DNA of 64,000 nucleotides from Clostridia bacterium (GTDB taxonomy: Bacteria; Bacillota; Clostridia; TANB77; CAG-465): NCBI GenBank assembly GCA_017626395.1, contig JAGAIU010000011.1, forward strand, positions 20,917-84,916, written 5' to 3'. Each line of letters begins with the position of its first letter. The first letter of the stretch is position 1. The position numbers and the translations under genes are program-made. The notes under the pieces were generated by a model. That model had not been told where the DNA came from. It searched no databases and saw only the letters and a list, made by a program, of their open reading frames with translations. This document shows, one piece after another, positions 43,001 through 50,455 of the stretch.

Positions 43001-45456
43001 TAAAAGATGGTGTTGTCGATATTTTATTTGATAATAATGTCATAGCAAATTATTATATGGCTGAAAACAATAAATATGTTGATTTTAATATTGGAAATGA
43101 AACCAAAGGATTACATAAAATTACAATTAAATATTATAATTCATCATTATTTAAAGACTTTGAAAAAACATATGATTTCAATATAGAAGCTAAATCTATT
43201 GATTTACGTATTAACACAAATAGTGAATATCAAAGCCAAAACATTGAAGCTATTAGTAGCGATATTATCAGTATTCAAACTGATTTTATACTTGATAATA
43301 ATTATACTCCAATGTCTGGAATTGTTAATTATTACATAGGTATTCCACAATATAAGATTAACAGCAACAATGAAGAGTATATCGATAGTTACTACGATAG
43401 ACTTATTGGTCAAGAAGAGTTTATTAATGAGACATCTAAAACACATGAATATATTCTTACTAATGATTTATTAGCATATACTGCTGATAATTTAGAAACT
43501 CATTATAGAATTAAAGCACATTTCATAGGCAACGATGAATATGAAGAATCCATAGAAACAGTTGATTTAAATATATATAAGCAAAATACACATATTATTT
43601 TGCCTTCAGATATGCAATTTGAATATCAGAGCAAAATGAATGTTAATATAGATATTATTAATAATAATAATGAAAATATAATTGGCGTAGAAAATGTTGA
43701 TATATATTTAGACGATGTTTTAGTATCATCATGTAAAACTATAGATGGAAAAGGTACTTTTACTTATCAGTTAAAGAATAAACATGTTATAGGTACATAT
43801 GACTTACGTGCAGTATTTAATGGTTCAGCTGTTAATAATCCATCTGAAACTACTGTTAGTTTTACAGTAACACCATTTACACCAATACTTAAAACAAAAG
43901 ATATAGACATGTATATACATGGTCAAAATACTTTAGATAATATTATTTATGATAAAAATGGAGTTATTATAGAAAGTGGTACCCTTAAATATGATACTCA
44001 TAATGGCGTTTTAGAATCCAAACCTAATGTGCCAGATGTAGTATGGTTTGATTCTGCTTTCAGAGATGATTGGGAATTAGATGTAGAATATATTAGTGAT
44101 GATTTAACAAAATACAATAACTTTCATGATACAATTCATGTTCATATGCATAAAAACCCTATTGAATTATCAATATATGCACCAGAACAAATATATCGTG
44201 GCGTACCTTTTGATGTAACCTTAAAAGCAAAAGCCCCAACTACAGCATATGATGTGAATTTAGACTTTTATAAAGAAGATGATGAAAGATATGTCATGCT
44301 TAATGGCTCTACTACTATATCTTTAATTTACCCTACTACATTGGAAGATAATTCTATTATTGAGGATTATATTAAAACAGATGGTAATGATATTTTTGAA
44401 GCTAATGAAATTTTATTAAAATTAAAAGTTAAAAACCAAGATAATATTACTGTAAATACTTCAATACCAGAATCAGCAACTAACACACATTCAATTCAAA
44501 AAGCAATTGATTTAGTAAGTGATTATGGTAGTATAGAAATAAGTACGCCAATAAGTAATCAAACAATTAATTTAACTAAAAATCTTACAATCAAAGGCGA
44601 TGCTACACTAACAAATTGTGTAATTAATAACGAAAGCAATAAAATACGTATTGATGGACTTACCTTTGAAAATGGAGAAGACACATGTATCAATAACAAT
44701 GCAAACATGACCATAATGAATTGTACATTTAAAAACAATCAAAATTCAGCAATAAAAACAAATGGAGAATTAAACGTTACACAATGTACATTTATAGGCA
44801 ATAATGCAGAAAAAGGTGCATGTATAAAAATCGGCAATAAAAATTATAAAACTAGCATTACATACTGTACTTTTAATGGAAATAATGCATCATTATATGG
44901 TGGATGTATTTATTCTGATAAAGTAAATGACATGGAAATATATAATAATGAATTCTCAAATAATAACAATGCTGGTGTTGGTGGTTCATCTATATGTGCT
45001 TATGGAGATATAGCAATTTCATTTAATACATTTTTCAATAATGCAGGAACTAGCGATATTTACTTATTACGTGGAACAACAGTATTAGAAAATAATTTAT
45101 TTGATGGTGCTATTACATCATTAAAAACACTTGATGGTAATGATATAGATTGTGATTTAAATTACTGGGGTTATAATGATATTAATGATATTTATAGTAA
45201 TAACCCTAATATTGAAATAAATAACTTTTTAATATCTGATTGCGAAATCATAGAAAAAGAAACTGGAAATTATATTATAGGTAGGATTAATAAATATATA
45301 AATCGTTTAGAAAGTGAAATTACTACTATAAATATATTAGAAAAACATTTCCCAGTTAAATTAAATGAAGAGCAATTTTATTTAAATGATGAGATAGCTA
45401 TTGAAATGAATGATACCTTTATGATAGGTCAAGATATAATTCATATTGAACATTGA
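34009..45456 (+). CDS. giant adhesin-like tail fibre/receptor-binding protein (3815 aa): Ig-like repeat arrays plus three parallel beta-helix modules
   Basis: Many about 90-aa repeats with the G-x-V-x-F-x-I(N/D)...A-x-Y-x-G...Y signature. Three right-handed beta-helix (PbH1-like) blocks rich in N-x-(A/S/G) rungs, each ending in an N-x-W(W/F)G-x-N-(S/T)-P-like motif (39769..39795, 40884..40910, 45161..45181). Follows the baseplate genes. Confidence 0.7.
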   Translation: MDYQELEDVYEFHRNMRKTPWLQLFPHWWDENDALLNAIGNEVERVKAQAVFVLLNAGIKPPVLLWQESINHETFNAHFNAKQLPKTVTIQAPLYETWGKITLTNNTEKDIDGLILKLDNSHGYAINQLITQEDILVINLTENKVLLNKKQIEPQTIGEGMPYFVTQQNNEVYDTNTPLHNEVIRLEISTNDTENIECDIDIDIELENAVFTNEQNIEITGLEAVPIDRVELYVKYDFSFNSKYNGWQKAWEKEYEKNTNVVYDRITTQIYTKEFYVDVYFKTLQYPYTVGFPCYKEATSKSPYHVNSRLDKWGEQLGLPRRLYKTEIPTNEYYRTFPIFYPFDIEQDYWYYKRLTSEYSWVESPVNDVDIKDTDGNNVIRLYSINPFTEDFAVHAKSRYPVDKEFINYNDYHPIAISQQTAKDIGVQTPYKDIINLLSDNNKKASITLNNYTDNNDVVYKRNKYYQKYDYITELGEGVYREGWKEPDSYKKDISYIKSSTHQSTELITYFDLSSLPQDVNIENIEFIVEAESTDNKKNKYATENTGVLIPNYNDSERFFIPLTADKSYQLKKQEITYSNDEVIDYLNNIKIADENIRQSFTIGEFQGKITDFVKIPFELEENSENVDDITDVWIYYNGNIRQASYKNDENGKYIYAYVPNLPIINTLTIICKSQTHKPFSYTINVNKYNQYSEDGTTIEYQYIQGPIVNDEHNEISDYVEWHTDNLRNLMQKQGIYFRHILKNTDEQSSTTVFLYNIQAKITYSPKKSNFKITTNITKKSDFPKIGTLNIKVENTGEKNFSSNVDIITPSNIVLSQNNIPIDLKVGQSLEKDIDITATYPIDDGFYDIVTICEDSIKKDSIEIFSDGLIATGVNLKSHHGKYNDTINLKAEVYAIDGGKINGTDSQVQFYINGFAVGNKVQVVDGLVEASISPKDYYFTGTGNLTLEAKFLGTTKYASSSNKSTIFISKDTTRIELISDNVAPYKGAFELKAKVEYYNGQGYVPVDAGTVEFYIDDEILSSNTTLVDGVFLSSINSIENPAGSYTLWAKYSGTESYVAVETSQPFEIIGGKSKISVFDIQAKPYSIIQLKAKVTDVNNKNIISGYVDFNIKNIHGEDVNFNTNITNIPVKNGLAISDDILLSVELESDFNTERYTIEAKYHNTLDSNNDELYGSSTAQGYIFVAKTDVILDYQSFYGTQYEPLGFYVRARDAETGAPVSNGKIAITLETEGVTIEEEVDDKGVARLIHNPLDFNAKDWSELEKFSFDVVDDDLHRYYNGTEFIADFDFFYNEQDGTLHYIKGKQNNENNEVSFIYNAETGKYDIIDTDTNDVIDDYDNEHLYITNGHLYARTTKDILRQYTIGTQNLKIEYISSGQYRSKTEYFDDGLQISQSNIDLDIHSYDLKYTDNDSIICYATKYTFTDDINTENINSGSVQFIVDNQVLDTVNIANGKAILKNSLLTNINGGQHLMCVKYANNNDTSYSYSLLKLTKMEPSLNILVDQEIKNKKSNVIVTLSASDNLNIPLNGLISLYLDDELIGTQYLNGNEMLPGIIDEYNIERLKEEMQLYSESERNIYIPGVIFSVLMPYDIDNHQLVAKYEGNEFLMPKTQTYQLSQIPAEIQINIKNNIYVARNEPCFIDVDVTYEDDIINEGKIVLTYGDEEIASSNVLDNKARLTWTPSSNNLLNTYVITYTGSTNYKDKHITANINVIDPLKTITIPNEQQHTLEDALMCLQSNGTIYITDDIILEKSIEITKDCSIIGENGVSIIKDIKELPIDFNILQNISTEQMQHMYKLDLSFEDINATDFTFIDNQLYIKGKTEMIPIYLAENGVFYSETPLSKILSDLNIIIKANVHFDNLTFKSNDSKILNNFVIYNESNCLITYSIIEKTAKLYNKGNMTAHRNLIYGLCQNVTDLDNNWWGSNTPPYNVNNHIIIDVKAVNTPAVISEEVEIEGEMIGANGQYYTIPQTDFSFTADSGYFSVDTGKVTNQKAHTTYLDAIKEGNVYFTVDNETVKCPVYDYERKTEVIIDDIDEVLINYQMPITAKVQSCADVYYEFDNNNNITESTKTINEGYIDFYIDNKQVGHEAVRKGKAQAKIFFKDAIYEENTKYELKAIYHSSDNYFDSQSSINITTITDEDVCFVSTSGSDNGNGNYSNPFLTLSKAIASNNKKIFLLEGDYYAENIIVTHNVSIKKYNGEVNFSNNTGNILFNIQPNVKLNISKINFIENQTTILFDNSGSLNIEQCIFYKNKSTLFKNNLTSTLFSVSLCAIVDNYLISSNINPNHYSYCWFGTNSPSDDFNDYIVMTTKVSKDKIYIGSLAHITAELKHYSHNGVQYNLDNPLPLRIAKFASDIGELKPVKDYTYHNSSTSLINTLKDNNTSQYIIKLKNRVYYDSEKINLLFNVTNVFDEPVESGILKVVITSENNKLENTIDIINGQATYNLPTLPIDEYNVSCTYIKEQIYNLNTTFVVKPLDIILQNIQLDEFSHLYYTHITGTAVDNLGQNINDEILDIKINDDNVGTLIINDGVINQQISYNLLKPGQYEIILTNEDRRTKYDTLHYTIPLIVKPQKTSIAFDYNTIEKDISNNLIIEIYDSEGREVQSGTVRVDFNNVIYEESISVNNGIAMLNNFNIDNSGQYPIAIYYTDNDGYYKDSVYINNNFGVGIYGVTFSLSDTDIITADIGKQFALNTTIKDVGNQLVNIGYVNVYIDDSLYVQNVGINNGNVSIISELPENISAGLHRLTLEYIGDDIYLDTYLDIYLKIGQIQTEIGIISTSGKSGQKSTINYTINSIYGNVNTGTLTAVFNEQIIGQSIVTDNITNQITFNTPFLPANNNYEITFKYHDSNNNYADSSITTKLIIERSNVIITPQKTWYYPQKDFNFILDVRDAEEKIIDNGKIDLYVNNVKEYEDISIVNGQAVIPMIFNKASTYTFDIVYQEDEYYLQTKKTIDFNVDSVVIDDINFKDELSSLPNRMFSTELIFTTLDDYIVKDGVVDILFDNNVIANYYMAENNKYVDFNIGNETKGLHKITIKYYNSSLFKDFEKTYDFNIEAKSIDLRINTNSEYQSQNIEAISSDIISIQTDFILDNNYTPMSGIVNYYIGIPQYKINSNNEEYIDSYYDRLIGQEEFINETSKTHEYILTNDLLAYTADNLETHYRIKAHFIGNDEYEESIETVDLNIYKQNTHIILPSDMQFEYQSKMNVNIDIINNNNENIIGVENVDIYLDDVLVSSCKTIDGKGTFTYQLKNKHVIGTYDLRAVFNGSAVNNPSETTVSFTVTPFTPILKTKDIDMYIHGQNTLDNIIYDKNGVIIESGTLKYDTHNGVLESKPNVPDVVWFDSAFRDDWELDVEYISDDLTKYNNFHDTIHVHMHKNPIELSIYAPEQIYRGVPFDVTLKAKAPTTAYDVNLDFYKEDDERYVMLNGSTTISLIYPTTLEDNSIIEDYIKTDGNDIFEANEILLKLKVKNQDNITVNTSIPESATNTHSIQKAIDLVSDYGSIEISTPISNQTINLTKNLTIKGDATLTNCVINNESNKIRIDGLTFENGEDTCINNNANMTIMNCTFKNNQNSAIKTNGELNVTQCTFIGNNAEKGACIKIGNKNYKTSITYCTFNGNNASLYGGCIYSDKVNDMEIYNNEFSNNNNAGVGGSSICAYGDIAISFNTFFNNAGTSDIYLLRGTTVLENNLFDGAITSLKTLDGNDIDCDLNYWGYNDINDIYSNNPNIEINNFLISDCEIIEKETGNYIIGRINKYINRLESEITTINILEKHFPVKLNEEQFYLNDEIAIEMNDTFMIGQDIIHIEH

Positions 45457-45564
45457 TATAATAACGAAGAAATAGACTCTTTATTTAATAATAAATCCGA
45501 TGTTAATCACAACCATGATGATTACGAAAACGATATCAATGATTTATTTAATAGAATTGGATAA
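45457..45564 (+). other. 35-codon in-frame extension after the TGA stop of the giant fibre gene, homologous to a module found twice more (no start codon of its own)
   Basis: In frame with 34009..45456. YNNEEIDSLFNNKSDVNHNHDDYENDINDLFNRIG then TAA at 45562..45564. No in-frame ATG/GTG/TTG. Confidence 0.3.
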
Positions 45565-45572
45565 GAGATATA

Positions 45573-46916
45573 ATGATAGATAATATTAGATTTTATGATT
45601 CTGAACATACAGTAAAAATTTCTATTGATAATGAGACTCAAGAAGAGCCTATTTACGAAATAGAAAAAATGGCATCTTATATAATATCAAATAATGCTAT
45701 TGATGTATCATTAAATGAAGATATCCATATTGATGCATCATTATGTTATGTTCCATATGATAAAACAATAGAAAAGGAAATAGACTCACCTAAAATAATA
45801 GATTTAGATGGAACAGTTACTATAACAATATCTGATGATAATAAAATTTTTTATCAAAATAATGTTCTCTTTAAAAGAGGTAATATAAAAGATGTTATAC
45901 CTAATAAGTTACCTTTAGGCGAATATAATGCTATTATTGAATTTGATGGCAATAAATATTTATCTTATACAAGATTAAATATTAATTTCAATGTTACTAA
46001 ACGAAAAACAAATTTTATATTTGATGAAAATAATTATTATGGATATCCAGACACATCTATTCAAATATCAGGTAAATTAAAAGATACATTAACAAATAAG
46101 CCAGTAAAAAATTGTATTATTAATTTTGACTATAATGGAGACACATATTCTACTACCACTAATAATATGGGAGAGGCTTTTATAAAGCTAAATATACCAG
46201 ATGTAGATATATCACATTGTTTTAATGATGAAAACGTTCCAAATATGTCTTATCCAATAACTTTATCTTTAGATAGTGAATCATATGAAATCTATAATAG
46301 TATGACAAATATCATCACTATGAAATTACCTACAGATGTAACAATTAATCAACAAACAGATATAATAAATAATAACGTTACTATTGGTGGATATGTAACA
46401 GCTCAATATCCTACTGAATCTAAAAATGCTCAATATGGAAAAGTAGTGGTATCTTTTCAAGATACAGATTATGTGAGTTCGCCAGTTAATATCGGTTCAG
46501 ATGGTAATTTTTCATTAAGTATAAATTTTGCTGATGTAAATGAATTTAACAATAAATCTAATATTACAGAATTAGTAATGTATCAAAAAGCTACAGAACA
46601 AATTACATCTATTAATTTAGAAGTTGAAGATACAACTATTCAAAAAGGGGAGCTAATAACTGCCATTGCAAATGTATTTTCACAAGAATCATCTGATTAT
46701 GTAAAAGATGGTATGGTAGTATTTATTTTAGAAAATAACAATCATAAAGAAATCTATAGATATGCTACACAAATAGATAGTATTGGACAATCAGTTTTTT
46801 TATTTAATACGTCTATGTCAGGTAAATATTATGTTAAAGCATATTATTATGGTATTTTTGGTTTTTTAAATTCAGAAAGTAAAACAATAGAAGTAGAGGT
46901 AGAAAATGTCATATAA
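45573..46916 (+). CDS. Ig-like repeat fibre-associated protein (447 aa)
   Basis: Big-like repeats (ITISDDNKIFYQNNVLF..., VKNCIINFDYNGDTYSTTTNNMGEAFIKLNIP). RBS and start at 45573. Confidence 0.5.
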   Translation: MIDNIRFYDSEHTVKISIDNETQEEPIYEIEKMASYIISNNAIDVSLNEDIHIDASLCYVPYDKTIEKEIDSPKIIDLDGTVTITISDDNKIFYQNNVLFKRGNIKDVIPNKLPLGEYNAIIEFDGNKYLSYTRLNINFNVTKRKTNFIFDENNYYGYPDTSIQISGKLKDTLTNKPVKNCIINFDYNGDTYSTTTNNMGEAFIKLNIPDVDISHCFNDENVPNMSYPITLSLDSESYEIYNSMTNIITMKLPTDVTINQQTDIINNNVTIGGYVTAQYPTESKNAQYGKVVVSFQDTDYVSSPVNIGSDGNFSLSINFADVNEFNNKSNITELVMYQKATEQITSINLEVEDTTIQKGELITAIANVFSQESSDYVKDGMVVFILENNNHKEIYRYATQIDSIGQSVFLFNTSMSGKYYVKAYYYGIFGFLNSESKTIEVEVENVI

Positions 46917-47511
46917 TACAGATTTAGGTAGAGTAAAAGGAGATAAGGGAACTACATATATTCCTAAAATTACTCTTGAAAATGGAAAACAATATATATC
47001 TTACGAATCAGATGATGGAACACCAATTCCTAGTGCTTTACAAAAAAAAGAATTTACTTCATTTGTATATAAACCATCATTAGATGAAAATGGTAACTTA
47101 TCTTTTGTATTAAGTAGTGATTTAACTGCTATTTTAAATTTAGGTAATATTAAAGGTCCAGTTGGAGAGTCTACAATTGGAATTAGAGTTGTCGACGCAG
47201 AACCAGAGTATAACAATTTATCTGATGCAGAAAAAACTTTAATTACAAATGGAAACAGTCATATTTATGTAATTGACACCGATGAAGCATATCTCGGTGC
47301 TGGTGTATTCAAAAAAGATGGTTCTTTTAAATATTTAGAGAGCAAGCTTCGTTTTGATAATTATTATCTTAAAACAGAAACTTATCATAAAGATGATGTA
47401 TATAATAAACAAGAAATAGCCACTCAATTAGGAAGTATTATCGAACAGCAAAATGCTATAACTGCTATGCTTGGAGATACTGATGCTATTATTATTCCAG
47501 ACGATGAATAG
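46906..47511 (+). CDS. hypothetical fibre-associated protein with collagen-like G-x-K-G start and C-terminal coiled coil
   Basis: MSYNTDLGRVKGDKGTTYIPKI...; C-terminal KQEIATQLGSIIEQQNAITAMLG. ATG overlaps the upstream gene end. Confidence 0.4.
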   Translation: MSYNTDLGRVKGDKGTTYIPKITLENGKQYISYESDDGTPIPSALQKKEFTSFVYKPSLDENGNLSFVLSSDLTAILNLGNIKGPVGESTIGIRVVDAEPEYNNLSDAEKTLITNGNSHIYVIDTDEAYLGAGVFKKDGSFKYLESKLRFDNYYLKTETYHKDDVYNKQEIATQLGSIIEQQNAITAMLGDTDAIIIPDDE

Positions 47512-47519
47512 GTGATTCA

Positions 47520-50159
47520 ATGGCTTCTTACAATGATGTATTAGAAAATTATCAATCAATTAATCAATCAATTAATAAATTACGTAAATACTTAATTAAT
47601 CAATTAAAAAAATGTTATATTACTGATATAGATGATTATAACTTTACAGAATTAATAGAAGCAGTTGGAACAATAAAAGCAACCGAATATCATAATAGTA
47701 ATAATAAGAAACCATTAAATGAGCCAAAAATTAATAGTAGTAATTTAACAACATATAATCAAACATTATATCAAAAAATACGTTATTATATGAGAACATT
47801 GGCTTATTTTTTAGTGCTCAAAGGAGTGTCAAATGCACAAGTTGCACAACAAAAAGATTTAAAAGGATTAATATCTTTAATTGACCAAATTAATGTCAGA
47901 GTGCCATCATCATTAATAATACAAAATATTACAGAAGATTATTATTATGGGTCATTAATTACATTAGATTATTCATTAACAGATATTAATGGTTATGATA
48001 TTCAAGAAGGTGAAATTATAATTGAATCTAATGGTATTGTTTATGATTCAATTAAAGTTGGAGAGCAGTTATCTTTCTTGCCAATAGCTATTAGTGATAA
48101 AGATAGCAATGGATATATACCAACTACTTTTACTTTTACATACCATGGGTCAGACAATTATGACGATTCATATCCTATTACAAGAGATATTATTATTAAA
48201 CCAAGTAAAGTTAATATAGAAATTTCACCTTTCAATGTAAATGAAAAAAGTAAATATTATCTACAAACAGACATAGGATATCAGACAGATGAATGGGAAA
48301 TATATATATGGGCTAGTAATTTTCAAGGTGGTTTAGAAGACGTACCACTTCAAATAACAATTAATAATGAAACATTTGAAGAGATTACTGACGAAGATGG
48401 TGGTTTTCTTTTAAAAACTACAATTAATAACGTAGGTATACAAAAAATTATAGTTGAAAGTATTTATGAAAATACTGACGATATTACAAACACAACAGCA
48501 GAATTTACTTTTAATATTAAGTATTACCCATTGTATCAAGCTAAAGACTCTTATAACGATTATTTAGGAAAAGCATCATATACATATGAGCTTACTATTA
48601 TTAATGAGGATACAGGCAAAAATAACGATTTATTAATAACCAATAAAGATGTATCAATATCATTAGATGGGCAAATTATAGGCACAACACGTATAATAAA
48701 TAACAAAGCTATATATACAATTCCAACACCTTATATTACACAAGGAGAACATATTTTATATTGGAATAATGAAGGCAATCAAGCACAAACTTTTATTAAT
48801 TTATATTCCAATTTTATATTACCTGATACTGATAAATTTTACATTGATAATACTCCAGATGTAATATATGCTCCATTACAGACAGAATACTATAATACAA
48901 GTGATTGGAATCCAATAGCTGGAAAAGAAGTCAATGCTTCTATTAAATATAATAAAATTATTAACGTAGAACATGATGACGATACAGATACAGACATTGT
49001 TGAAAAAGAAACTACCAATTATAATGTTACTTTGACTACAGATAGCAATGGTGTACTAACTGGATTAAAAGATTATGTAGATATTGGTGAATATGAAGTT
49101 GTTTTGACATCTAATTCAGATTCTTTATCTGAAACTATTACATATAAGTATGAAGAAACAGAACCATATGTAATAACTACAAATCAATATTCTAAAAGAA
49201 ATCCTTTTGAACTTGAAATACAAGTTGAAATATATGATAATGATTTTTTAAATGTACAATCTTATCTTACCAATAATACAAATACCATAGAAGGCATAAA
49301 GAGAATTGAAAACGATAATATTTTAACATTTTATTATGGTCAAAATATAACAGAAGGTCAATATACTCATTATTTAAAATTAAATGATAAAATTATCAAT
49401 GATGATTTAAATTTTAGTTTTATATCAAATCCTCTAGCATTATTAACAAATGTCGTAACTATTGGGACAAACCATATATCATTAAGTTGTACAGACGATA
49501 GTATTGAAGCAATTACTTTAGAAAGTGATTATATAATTGCTAATGAAATTACCAAAGAAAATGGCGTATTTGATATTGATGCTACATTTTTAAAAGTTGG
49601 TGAAAATACTTTCACTATACATACAGAAGATGAAGAATTTGAATTTTCTATTACTGTAGAAAAAAGTGACCTTTTACCAAGTATTGTAGTACAAAAAGTT
49701 ACACCTAATGGACAAACACAAATAATTTATGATGAAGATACTGGCGAAGAGCAAACTATCGTAATGGATTTAATTGAAGAAGTTGATGAAATTGATTCAG
49801 AAGATTTAAACAATATTGATGTTTTATTATTATTTGAAAACGAATTAATTGAAGATATTGATGTTACATTCTTCTTTGATGATGTAAGCGTTGAAACATA
49901 TACTATAACAGCCGAAGAAGATGAAAATAAAGTATTTAAAATACCTAATACAAATACAGGAAATCATACATTATCTTTTATTTATACTGCAAGTGTTGAT
50001 GACAGCTATAATTCTTTTAGTGTAGAAAAAGAAATTTCTATTATTACAATTTCATACTCTAAAGAAGAATTTAATAATATGCTATTAGAATATGCAGATA
50101 CCAATCATACTCATGCACAATATGAAGAAGCCATCAATGATATATGGGAGAGATTATAA
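47520..50159 (+). CDS. Ig-like repeat fibre protein (879 aa) ending in the conserved EE-x-N...HxH...YE...IND module
   Basis: Repeats of the Y-x-G-S-D-N-Y-D-D-S / G-x-Y-E-V-V-L-T-S type. C-terminus KEEFNNMLLEYADTNHTHAQYEEAINDIWERL. Confidence 0.5.
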   Translation: MASYNDVLENYQSINQSINKLRKYLINQLKKCYITDIDDYNFTELIEAVGTIKATEYHNSNNKKPLNEPKINSSNLTTYNQTLYQKIRYYMRTLAYFLVLKGVSNAQVAQQKDLKGLISLIDQINVRVPSSLIIQNITEDYYYGSLITLDYSLTDINGYDIQEGEIIIESNGIVYDSIKVGEQLSFLPIAISDKDSNGYIPTTFTFTYHGSDNYDDSYPITRDIIIKPSKVNIEISPFNVNEKSKYYLQTDIGYQTDEWEIYIWASNFQGGLEDVPLQITINNETFEEITDEDGGFLLKTTINNVGIQKIIVESIYENTDDITNTTAEFTFNIKYYPLYQAKDSYNDYLGKASYTYELTIINEDTGKNNDLLITNKDVSISLDGQIIGTTRIINNKAIYTIPTPYITQGEHILYWNNEGNQAQTFINLYSNFILPDTDKFYIDNTPDVIYAPLQTEYYNTSDWNPIAGKEVNASIKYNKIINVEHDDDTDTDIVEKETTNYNVTLTTDSNGVLTGLKDYVDIGEYEVVLTSNSDSLSETITYKYEETEPYVITTNQYSKRNPFELEIQVEIYDNDFLNVQSYLTNNTNTIEGIKRIENDNILTFYYGQNITEGQYTHYLKLNDKIINDDLNFSFISNPLALLTNVVTIGTNHISLSCTDDSIEAITLESDYIIANEITKENGVFDIDATFLKVGENTFTIHTEDEEFEFSITVEKSDLLPSIVVQKVTPNGQTQIIYDEDTGEEQTIVMDLIEEVDEIDSEDLNNIDVLLLFENELIEDIDVTFFFDDVSVETYTITAEEDENKVFKIPNTNTGNHTLSFIYTASVDDSYNSFSVEKEISIITISYSKEEFNNMLLEYADTNHTHAQYEEAINDIWERL

Positions 50160-50302
50160 TGACAGAATACTATACTAAAGAAGAAATCAACGAATTATTA
50201 GAAGGGAAAAGTAATATTGACCATAGACATACCATTTATGAACAGCAAATTCAAGAAATCAATGATTTACTTGATGATTTAGAAGCAGAAGTACTTGGTT
50301 AA
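50159..50302 (+). CDS. small ORF (47 aa) that is a stand-alone copy of the fibre C-terminal module
   Basis: taATG overlap with the upstream stop. MTEYYTKEEINELLEGKSNIDHRHTIYEQQIQEINDLLDDLEAEVLG. Below the 60-aa track threshold, found by hand. Confidence 0.4.
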   Translation: MTEYYTKEEINELLEGKSNIDHRHTIYEQQIQEINDLLDDLEAEVLG

Positions 50303-50455
50303 TTATATAGATTAGATAAGAAAGATTACAATATTAATATTTTTGTTTAAAAGGTAATAAAAATGTTGTTTGAGTTTAAAATTTATGATAGAGAAATAAT
50401 CAAATCAAATAGCATTGGAAAATGAACTGTTAGATTTAGAGGAGGATTTATTATC

